Below, one piece after another: positions 17,693-26,121 of a DNA stretch of 26,333 bases. A program made the position numbers and the translations under genes. Source of the stretch: a virus. Lineage: Duplodnaviria > Caudoviricetes. A model generated the notes under the pieces. That model was not told the DNA's origin, searched no databases, and worked only from the letters and a program-made list of their open reading frames with translations. The stretch spans positions 1-26,333 of the IMG/VR virus record IMGVR_UViG_3300014155_000011; one strand, 5' to 3'. Each line of letters begins with the position of its first letter. Within the stretch, counting starts at the first letter, position 1.

Positions 17693-20600
17693 ACGGTGCA
17701 GGATACGACTTTCACCGTCACATTTAACTGTACTGGAACTACTGGTCCCTATTCCTTTGTGTTCCCTATCAGCGACCCCACTGCCTTGACGGTCACACAG
17801 TCTGGTACGGTCCTAGCCTCGACAGCCTACACCGTCGCGCCCGTAAACAACAATTATGCGAATGGCGGAAGCGTCACTTTGATTACCGCATGTCCGGCAA
17901 GTGGCACGCTGGTTTTGAGTCGAAACACGCCGCTTACCCAGAACAGCGTTTTCACCGACAACATGCCGATACCTTATAAGACCTTTGAGCGGGGGCTGGA
18001 CAAGCTGACCGAAATTGACCAGGAAATTGACGCGGAAGTATCGTCTATCACCACAAATGGAGCCTGCTTTCCTGCCTCGACTTGCCAGCTTGCTGGAACG
18101 ATTCCAACCACTCCCGTTGGTTTTAGTACCTCTCCTAGCTTCAATGCCACGCTAGACACCAGCTATTCCATGACAATGACGGGCAACGTGACCTCTTCCA
18201 CCATCACGGGCAAGCCGCTGAACGGGAACCTGCTGTCTCTCACTCTCACGCAGAACTCCACGGGCGGCTATACGTTTGCCTTCCCCTCGAACTTTGTGTT
18301 CACGCCGACGTTCGTCTTCCAGACCGCTGCGAACGCTATCAACGAGCTGACCTTCAAGTACGACGGGACGAACTGGCATCTTATCTCGAACGGCGGCGGC
18401 TCGGGAGGTAGCACGCTTCCTGGCGGCAATTCAGGCGACGTGCAGAAGAACTCCGGCTCGAACACGTTCATCGCATCGGGAATCAATGACACTGGAGCGG
18501 TCATCAACCACAAAGAAGATGTGGAGTTTATCGGGCCAAATCCCTATGTGGACGTTCGCAGTTATGGCGCACGGCCTGTCTATTACGCCACGTTGCCCAG
18601 CGGCACAGTGACGATGAGTGCTAGTTCTACCACAGCAACTCTTTCATCTGCGAGCGCATGGCAGAACGGCGATGGCATCACGATTCTAGGCGCTGGACCG
18701 ACACCAACGATGTCCACTCCCAATGCTCCTGCTGCTACAGCGAGCATAGCGGCCCAAGGAACGGGGACAGGACTTGTCGTTAATGCCCCTAATGGCTCAA
18801 CGACTTATCAGTACCAAATCGTAGGACGTGACATTCATGGAGGCATGACCGCAGCAAGCCCGGTGGTAACTATCACTAACGGTGCAGCGACTTTAGGTTC
18901 TGTGCAGGTCAATCTCACTTCCTGTTCCCGCGCAACCAACGTAGTGACCTGCACAACCAGCACAGCGCATGGATTATCTGTGGGTGCGATGGTCTACATC
19001 ATCGGAACAAGCGATGACTTGGATTTCGGTGGCTGGCCCATCATCAACACCGTTCCTGACACTTCGCACTTCACGTATCTGTCAAACATAGACGCACGCG
19101 GCTACAACAACGGGCAGGGCGTGTCAGCCACAGGCGGAACTGTGCGGTGGTTCAACTGCAATCACCTTCAGGTTGCCTCGCCGGGGGCGGGTGTGTGGCA
19201 GTATTACATCTACGGTCGCACCAGCGGCAGCATGACACTGCTTGGCGCAACCGCTCCTACGAACTCTACTTGGGTTGGAAGTCCCCTTTACCTGACATGG
19301 GATGACTTTGGCAGCACCATGAGCATGCCTCCCACGTTGCCCTCCTATATTCCCAACACGCCACAATCCAGCGCCTCAAACGATAATCTTACGACCACGA
19401 TTGTTAGCGGTGCGGGCACAACCACGCTTACCTTAGCAAACGCCTCCAGCAATGCGGTTTCTGGTGCCACGGCTCTCTTTGATGACGGTCCCGGCTTGGT
19501 TGCTGCCGCCACCGCCTCCCATTCTACAGGCGGTATGGTTTATATCCCTGCGGCATCCCAAGGTCTATATTATCCCATCAATTCATATACTAAGTTACCC
19601 TATCTCACGGGAGTGTCTCAGGCGGGCGTATTGAGCCTTAATGAAACCTTGGACATCAACGGTGCCCAATGGTACGGGAACTTAACGGTGAGTTCGACCA
19701 CTTTCACGCAGCAAGGATTTCAAGGTTATTCTTCAGTTCAAGTAGTTACCGCCTACCCTGGTCTTTATAGCTCGAACTTAGTGTTTGTCAGTGGCATTTA
19801 CACCTACGGGGCCAATCCTAATGGCTTAATCTGGGTCATAGACAACGATAGCAACATTCCTGGTAGTACTTTTGAAAATGATTCGATTATAACCGCACTT
19901 TCTGGAAACGATTATTTGGGCATAGGAATGATTGTGAGGGGAGGCAGTGACCATTTTTTCCGTAAGATAGCGATGGGTTCAAATCAGTTAGGTGGAGGCG
20001 CTCATGCCACGCCAGTACTGTTCCTTTATTCTGGCCAAGTAACCATGCAAGATTTGTACTTGAACTATCGTTCTATCCAAAGTTATGGTGCAGGGGTATG
20101 GATTAAAGGAGCGTATCGTTCGCAGGGGGCATCTCCTTTTCTTGCATTCGCACCGTCCACTCCTGGGGTAGTGGTAGAGATTGACAACTTAACACAAGAC
20201 ACGGATGCCGACCCTGTTATAGCTCAATGGGGGGGAGGTTATTCTGCTACGGCAATCTTGAACAACACCTGTTGTCCTTCTGGACCGCCTTTGGTTAGCG
20301 GGCTGCCGCTTCTTGACACAATTGTGAGTGGGGAGGGAGGAAATTATGCACCAAACTTGAATGCTATCACGACGCAAAGTGGCGTAATCGCGGCTCCTAA
20401 TTATACTCAAGGACAGACAGGTGCTGGAGCCACAGTAACTTCGTACAGTCAACCGCTAATCTTTAATGGTAATCCAGGTTTCAACATCATTTGGCCGCTG
20501 AACGCACCAACCAACATTTCGGTAATAGGTCCAACCTCTGGTGGTGGTCTCGGAGTTGGGACTATCAACTACACCGTTGCGGCTATCGGTTTTGATGGCG

Positions 20601-23600
20601 GTATATCCGCCGCTGCCGGGTACTCCTCGGCATATAATTGCACCACAACATCGGGAAACCAGACTTGCACTATTTCGTGGACTGCTGTTCCTGGTGCAAC
20701 TGCTTATAGAGTATATCGTTGTAACCCTGGAGGCTTTGGCAATGGTTGCGGTGGTCTTCCTTCCACGGCAAGTACGACCTATGTGGATACAGGAGGGAGC
20801 GGCGGTGGAAACCTTACCAACATCCCTGGCAGTGGCATCATCTCCATCGGCTACGACTCCAACCAACGTCCGATGATTTCCACGCCGGAACTGATTGTGC
20901 CCGCGACTACGGTTCCCACGGGAGTTTCCGGGGCAACCTATCACTATACCGACCCAACTGCCAACTGGCCGGCGTTCAAGGCAAATGGTGCAACGGCTCT
21001 GGTCGCAGGTTTCAGTGGCATATGGTCGCAAGGACAATGCGCGGTTGCCAGCAGCACGACGAACGTATTCAATCTTGGAACCTGCGGAACGGGAGGTAGT
21101 GGAAATACCACCTCTACATCACTGACAACGAACGTCGTGCCGAAAGCCAACGGCGCGAACTCCATCGTAAATTCCAGCATCACGGACAATGGTAGTGCAG
21201 TTTCTACAACCGAGGGATTCACTGCTGCGACGGTTACAGCCACCAGTCTCACGACAGGAAATTGTGTTCAGGCAAGCACATCGGGACTGCTGACCACTGT
21301 CTCCGGTCCATGCGGTACGAGCAGCGGAACGATCACAGCAACCGGGAGTCCCGTTGCCAGTGAGTTGGCAATGTTCTCTGGAGCAACCTCCATCACCAAC
21401 AGCAACTTGTCAGGTGACGTGACCACTTCAAATACCTTGGCTACCACCGTTGGCAAGTTGGAGAACATCGCCCTTCCTACGTTGGCTGCCAACACAGGAT
21501 TCCTATACGATGCTTCTGGTACGCTATCGCTAAGTGCCAGTGCCTCGAACTTGACGGCGGGAACTCTTCCCGTTGCTCAGTTGCCAACCATTCCCAACGC
21601 TAGTTTGGCTAATGCGGCAACCACGGTAAACTCGCAAACCTGCACCCTCGGCTCAACCTGCACAATTCCTTTCCAGACCGTTGGTGTCAATAACACATCG
21701 CAGGCAGGCCTCAACCTTGTCGCCTCTAGCGTGAACTCCGTGGGTTTGACGGCCACACCTATTAACACAGGAACGAACGTAGACGAGATTCGCATTACGG
21801 GATCATCCTACACGGGAAATGCTGCTACGGCCACGGCGCTGGCGGCCAATCCCACGACCTGTTCTGCGGGACAAGCACCACTTGGTATCGTCGCAAGTGG
21901 TAACGCAACGGGCTGCTTCACGCCTTCTGGCGTGCTGCTCCAGACTAACACCAGCAGCAACGCTTCGCAGACCACATTGAATTTCCTTACCAGCACAACC
22001 AACACGGACGGACTTACAGTTACGCCCTCGAACTCTACTAGCACCGAGAAATTCGAGGTTACGGGAACCTGTAACACCACAGCGGGATGCACGGGTGTGT
22101 CCGCCCCGACCGCGCATACCATTCCAGTTGCAGAGGGTTTAAGCCCTATGACATTCATCTACCCGAATGCAGCAGGTGGATACGTCTTAACTTCAAACGG
22201 AATAGGAGCAGACCCTTCATTTCAAGCCGTTCCAGGCAACAATATGTCCGGGGGCACGCAATACGGCATGGCCTATGCTGCGGGTGCAACCACCATCACA
22301 AGCAATGCGCCGCCTACGACGAAAGGACTGTGGTATCCCGTCTGGAACCTTTCTAGCGACGCAGCCGCAGCACCCACGAATTCTCTCGCGGGCATCGTGG
22401 ACGTGGGCATTAGCGGCTCAACCAGCACCTACACTGTGGCTTACTCAAACTCATTGCAAATCGTGGAGCACGACTCTGCGGCAACCCATCTCGTTACCGT
22501 GACCATTCCCACGCCAACAACACTGGAGAACACGCAGTTTGGCTTCTCCTACGTGAACCACACATCCTCTTATACGGACGTGCTCAGCCCGACGACATGG
22601 ACCATAAACGGCAGTGCCACGCTCAACGTCGCTCCCCTGTCGCAATGCCGCGTCAGCGTGGACCCGGTGAACTCAAATAATTGGCTGGCGGATTGTTCTC
22701 CTTCCACGGCCTTCGTCGGTGTGACCAGCATCGCTACGACTTCGCCAATCAGCGGTGGCACGATCACTTCGACCGGAACTATCTCCTGCCCGACCTGTGC
22801 GATTGGTCCTGGAGCCTCGGTGACAAGCGGAAATGTGGCCTCGTTCAACGGAACGGGCGGGTTGATTATCCAAGACTCTGACATAGCGGCGGCAAACCTT
22901 GTGACTGCGGCCTCGAACTACAGCGGAAATCTTGTTACGGGGACCAACGGGGCCAAGACAACCTCCGATAGCGGCATCGCTCCGGCAACGGTCGTAACCT
23001 GCGCTTCGGCTGGAACGAGCGGCGACCTGATTCAATTTGCCGGAGCCAACCGGACCTGCTCCGACTCTAGCATTGCAACTTCCAACGTCGCGCAAATCAA
23101 CATCGCCAACAACTTCAGCGCGAATGCAGCCTCCAGCGCCCCAACGATTAAGTTCACCGGCACAACCTTCTCTGGGAACGGCACGACTTCCACGCCACTG
23201 TTCCTCCTAGAGTCGGGCAGCGCGGTGAGTTCGTGGAGCACAGCGGGAACGTATCAGGGCTTCAACGCTGCCAGCGGGTTCACGGGCAATTTCTTTGATG
23301 CTCACCTGAATGGTGGAGCATCCCTTTTCAGTGTGAACTATCAGGGCAATTTGATAGCAGCGGGGACAGTGAATGGTGTAACGATGACCAACGTGGTTCT
23401 TGCTTCCTCTCCCGGCGCGGGCGTCGCCCACTTCGCCGGGTCTACGCAGACAGTAACGAGTAGTTTGGTCGCTCTGACCGATATGGCCACGCAAGCAGCC
23501 GATACCGTCTTGATGAATGCTACCGGGGGTTCTGCTGCTCCAACCGCAGTGGCTATGCCGACAACTGGAACCAATGGTTGTGCGGGAACTACCGACAACT

Positions 23601-23989
23601 TAATTTATAACACCTCGACGCACTCTCTTGGATGCCATCAGATCACAGGCGGCGGAGGGTCGCTCACTAGCAGCGGCTTGACGGCCTACTATCTTTACGG
23701 CCTATCTGGTTCCACATTGACTGCTGCTGAAGCAAGTAGCAGTTCTACGGTCATGCCGGGTATTTGTGTGGCTTCATCCTCAACTGTTTGCGTCTATAGC
23801 GGGGTAGTCACGAACGGCTCTTGGACGTGGACGGCAGACGGGGTGATTTACGCCTCGGACGGCCCAGTGGGAACGATGACTCAGACCGCGCCTTCTACCA
23901 GCGGACATTTCGTGCAGCGCGTGGGCATTGCTACGTCAACTACTTCGATGCTGGTCATGCCTTCGCTGGACGTGGTGACGATACAATGA
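17624..23989 (+). CDS. Giant multi-domain tail fibre/tailspike (2121 aa) with N-terminal signal peptide, T7 gp17-like anchor, beta-helix, Fn3-like and fibre-repeat regions
   Basis: After MKMRKAIWLAILVFACLPGISRA comes TV.....TF..TG....YSF.FPI.D...L.V...GGSVTL....A...LVL.R.TPLTQ...F.D.......FERGLDKLT.I.QE, the podoviral fibre anchor. Later: YVDVRSYGA...DDG....AA...GG.VYIP (tailspike beta-helix head), ISWTAVPGATAYRVYR...TYVDTG (Fn3-like), DSGIA-type repeats and a C-terminal G.MTQTAP...G..VQ.VG.A module. Confidence 0.85.
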   Translation: MKMRKAIWLAILVFACLPGISRATVQDTTFTVTFNCTGTTGPYSFVFPISDPTALTVTQSGTVLASTAYTVAPVNNNYANGGSVTLITACPASGTLVLSRNTPLTQNSVFTDNMPIPYKTFERGLDKLTEIDQEIDAEVSSITTNGACFPASTCQLAGTIPTTPVGFSTSPSFNATLDTSYSMTMTGNVTSSTITGKPLNGNLLSLTLTQNSTGGYTFAFPSNFVFTPTFVFQTAANAINELTFKYDGTNWHLISNGGGSGGSTLPGGNSGDVQKNSGSNTFIASGINDTGAVINHKEDVEFIGPNPYVDVRSYGARPVYYATLPSGTVTMSASSTTATLSSASAWQNGDGITILGAGPTPTMSTPNAPAATASIAAQGTGTGLVVNAPNGSTTYQYQIVGRDIHGGMTAASPVVTITNGAATLGSVQVNLTSCSRATNVVTCTTSTAHGLSVGAMVYIIGTSDDLDFGGWPIINTVPDTSHFTYLSNIDARGYNNGQGVSATGGTVRWFNCNHLQVASPGAGVWQYYIYGRTSGSMTLLGATAPTNSTWVGSPLYLTWDDFGSTMSMPPTLPSYIPNTPQSSASNDNLTTTIVSGAGTTTLTLANASSNAVSGATALFDDGPGLVAAATASHSTGGMVYIPAASQGLYYPINSYTKLPYLTGVSQAGVLSLNETLDINGAQWYGNLTVSSTTFTQQGFQGYSSVQVVTAYPGLYSSNLVFVSGIYTYGANPNGLIWVIDNDSNIPGSTFENDSIITALSGNDYLGIGMIVRGGSDHFFRKIAMGSNQLGGGAHATPVLFLYSGQVTMQDLYLNYRSIQSYGAGVWIKGAYRSQGASPFLAFAPSTPGVVVEIDNLTQDTDADPVIAQWGGGYSATAILNNTCCPSGPPLVSGLPLLDTIVSGEGGNYAPNLNAITTQSGVIAAPNYTQGQTGAGATVTSYSQPLIFNGNPGFNIIWPLNAPTNISVIGPTSGGGLGVGTINYTVAAIGFDGGISAAAGYSSAYNCTTTSGNQTCTISWTAVPGATAYRVYRCNPGGFGNGCGGLPSTASTTYVDTGGSGGGNLTNIPGSGIISIGYDSNQRPMISTPELIVPATTVPTGVSGATYHYTDPTANWPAFKANGATALVAGFSGIWSQGQCAVASSTTNVFNLGTCGTGGSGNTTSTSLTTNVVPKANGANSIVNSSITDNGSAVSTTEGFTAATVTATSLTTGNCVQASTSGLLTTVSGPCGTSSGTITATGSPVASELAMFSGATSITNSNLSGDVTTSNTLATTVGKLENIALPTLAANTGFLYDASGTLSLSASASNLTAGTLPVAQLPTIPNASLANAATTVNSQTCTLGSTCTIPFQTVGVNNTSQAGLNLVASSVNSVGLTATPINTGTNVDEIRITGSSYTGNAATATALAANPTTCSAGQAPLGIVASGNATGCFTPSGVLLQTNTSSNASQTTLNFLTSTTNTDGLTVTPSNSTSTEKFEVTGTCNTTAGCTGVSAPTAHTIPVAEGLSPMTFIYPNAAGGYVLTSNGIGADPSFQAVPGNNMSGGTQYGMAYAAGATTITSNAPPTTKGLWYPVWNLSSDAAAAPTNSLAGIVDVGISGSTSTYTVAYSNSLQIVEHDSAATHLVTVTIPTPTTLENTQFGFSYVNHTSSYTDVLSPTTWTINGSATLNVAPLSQCRVSVDPVNSNNWLADCSPSTAFVGVTSIATTSPISGGTITSTGTISCPTCAIGPGASVTSGNVASFNGTGGLIIQDSDIAAANLVTAASNYSGNLVTGTNGAKTTSDSGIAPATVVTCASAGTSGDLIQFAGANRTCSDSSIATSNVAQINIANNFSANAASSAPTIKFTGTTFSGNGTTSTPLFLLESGSAVSSWSTAGTYQGFNAASGFTGNFFDAHLNGGASLFSVNYQGNLIAAGTVNGVTMTNVVLASSPGAGVAHFAGSTQTVTSSLVALTDMATQAADTVLMNATGGSAAPTAVAMPTTGTNGCAGTTDNLIYNTSTHSLGCHQITGGGGSLTSSGLTAYYLYGLSGSTLTAAEASSSSTVMPGICVASSSTVCVYSGVVTNGSWTWTADGVIYASDGPVGTMTQTAPSTSGHFVQRVGIATSTTSMLVMPSLDVVTIQ

Positions 23990-26121
23990 AAAGATTCTTC
24001 ATCCTGATCGCGCTGTTGCTCTGTACCTCCCAGGCGCGAGCTACGCTCTCGATCATTCAAAACACGAAGATTGCCGCCGTGACGTGCGGCACTACGACGG
24101 GAACCGCGTGTACGCTCACCGTGCCCTCGTCGCAATCGGGCGGCAATTCAATGTTCGTGCTGCTGGCGTTTAACAGCGCGGAAAATGCTAACTATATTTC
24201 AACTACGAAAGTACCGACCTGTTCGGGCTGCGGAACATGGGTGGTTCCTACCACGGGTTGCGAGGGAACTTACACTTACGGTGCGATTAGCTGCGCGTAT
24301 CTTTTAGCTAGCCCGTCTACTTCCATAAGCTCCGTTGTAGTGGTTTGTAACAGCTCAGGGACCTATTACTTTTACTGGTTCGAGATTGCTTTCACGAAGT
24401 CTCAGGTTCTTCTCGACGGCAATCCGGCAAGCAGCATCGGCACTTCAGGTACGAGCATCGCGATGCAGAGCTTGACCACGACAGGGACGAGCGAGGTCAT
24501 TATCGAGGCTATCGAGACAGCGTGTTGCACCGTGACATACAGCGCTCCAAGCCCATATAACACGTACTTTCTACAAGGGGCTAACACCTACGGTGCGGCG
24601 ACGGCCGCCATCACCACGTCAACAAGCTATAGCTGGGGCGTCTCTCCAGCGCATACTAGCGACCTGTTGGGAATTGCTTTCTACGAAAGTAATCCTACTT
24701 GCGGCACGCCCGTTTTTGGGACCATCCCGAAGATGTACGACGCCAGCCTTCCGCAGACGACGACCATCACGAGCGGCTGTACCTATGATTGCTATGCGTT
24801 CAATGGCGCTCCAGCTTCGGCCAGTCCGCCAGCGTGCTCTGCTGGAACGCGAATCAGTGACGGCGGAACGGTTACCCTTCCCGTGGGAACGAATACTTTA
24901 GAAGCGCTCGGTACGGACACCAACTACAATCCTAGTCCCGTGCAGACGGGTTCTTACAACATTCAACGCACTGCATCGGCGTTCAACGGAATTACCGTTG
25001 GAAACGTTTCGGGTAACGTTAATGCGATAAACGGCAACCCGCTTGGGAATGCGATTCCCGGCTCGGGAACATCCGGCGCGTGGGACTCTCTTGCGACCCC
25101 GCTCCCGTTCGTGGCGAGTATGTTCCTCGATTCCCATGCTGGGACGAACGGAGTCGCGCCGACATACATCACGCTTGGAAATTCGGCTTATTGGGCTTCC
25201 GGTGAAGGGTCTCACGCGACGTGGACAACTGCTTCTCCGGGGGCTGGTACGATCTATAGTAATGTGCCCCCCGTTGGAAACTTACTGCAACCCGTGTACG
25301 TTGCAGGCACGGTTTACAACGCGACTGGAACTTTGGGATTACTGTGCAACACTTCGGCCAGTGTTCCTGCGTCTACCTATTGCGCGATACCGTATGTTAG
25401 CGTTAATAACGCTGGGCCATCGACCTCGCTCGGCTTTTGGGTTTTGCCAAATTGTCCCGCGAATCAGGCCGTTGATTGCGGGGCGCAGAGCGGACTGTGG
25501 AGCAGCTCTGGCGGCGATGTGGTCGTTCATTTCAATCCGGGTCCGGGCGGTAATAATCCGTGCAACTATAATGGCATCATGTTTGAGATGTCCGGTGGGA
25601 ATGAAGCTACATCGTGTTTTTCCTACACGAACAATGTTTTGTATCGCATCAACCTACAAGCAAATCAGTCTTCAGGAACGGTCACGGCGACCTTTAGCAA
25701 CGGTTCCGCTGTTATCTCCGCTACGCAAAGTTTTGGCGTGAATGAAGCTGTTCAACTTTCGACCACAGGAACCTTGCCCACTAACTTCGCCACGTCCACC
25801 ACGTATTACGTTCTCTCTACAGGGCTATCAGGGAGCGCCTTCGAGCTTGCGGCATCTCAAGGCGGAACGGCGATTGTTGCCGGAAGCGCGGGGACTGGAG
25901 CGCAGACCGTTACGGTAATTGGTCAGCTAACGGTGTGCAACGCAAACGGCACGCTTCTCGGAAATACGACAGGAACAGCGGCCACCAGTGGTGTCGTATT
26001 TGATAAGGTGATCTTTATGATCGTAGGTGAAGGGCCGGAGGTTGCTGGTGACAGTTTTTGGTATGGTGGCTATGTGTTGGACTTGACGGGTAAATTCTCC
26101 GCGACGAGCTGCATCCTATGA
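23986..26121 (+). CDS. Secreted-type Cys-rich multi-domain beta protein (711 aa; putative appendage/adhesin with a CHB_HEX_C/Fn3-associated-like domain)
   Basis: True start is ATG 23986 (ATGA overlap with the fibre stop), not the tracked 23821. Signal peptide MKRFFILIALLLCTSQARA. TPVF...Y...QT.TI...CY..NG.P...TVTL...TLEALG...Y..S.V..GSY.I at ~24697-24963; phage-type V.L.TTGTLP......TYYV.....F.LA...GG module at ~25681-25915. Confidence 0.8.
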   Translation: MKRFFILIALLLCTSQARATLSIIQNTKIAAVTCGTTTGTACTLTVPSSQSGGNSMFVLLAFNSAENANYISTTKVPTCSGCGTWVVPTTGCEGTYTYGAISCAYLLASPSTSISSVVVVCNSSGTYYFYWFEIAFTKSQVLLDGNPASSIGTSGTSIAMQSLTTTGTSEVIIEAIETACCTVTYSAPSPYNTYFLQGANTYGAATAAITTSTSYSWGVSPAHTSDLLGIAFYESNPTCGTPVFGTIPKMYDASLPQTTTITSGCTYDCYAFNGAPASASPPACSAGTRISDGGTVTLPVGTNTLEALGTDTNYNPSPVQTGSYNIQRTASAFNGITVGNVSGNVNAINGNPLGNAIPGSGTSGAWDSLATPLPFVASMFLDSHAGTNGVAPTYITLGNSAYWASGEGSHATWTTASPGAGTIYSNVPPVGNLLQPVYVAGTVYNATGTLGLLCNTSASVPASTYCAIPYVSVNNAGPSTSLGFWVLPNCPANQAVDCGAQSGLWSSSGGDVVVHFNPGPGGNNPCNYNGIMFEMSGGNEATSCFSYTNNVLYRINLQANQSSGTVTATFSNGSAVISATQSFGVNEAVQLSTTGTLPTNFATSTTYYVLSTGLSGSAFELAASQGGTAIVAGSAGTGAQTVTVIGQLTVCNANGTLLGNTTGTAATSGVVFDKVIFMIVGEGPEVAGDSFWYGGYVLDLTGKFSATSCIL

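Noticed and set aside
23821-23985. Tracked N-terminal extension of the 766-aa ORF
   Set aside because: Overlaps the fibre C-terminus; ATG 23986 gives an ATGA overlap and exposes a clean signal peptide.
25043-25741. Alternative-frame 232-aa ORF
   Set aside because: Arg-rich off-frame shadow inside the 711-aa gene.
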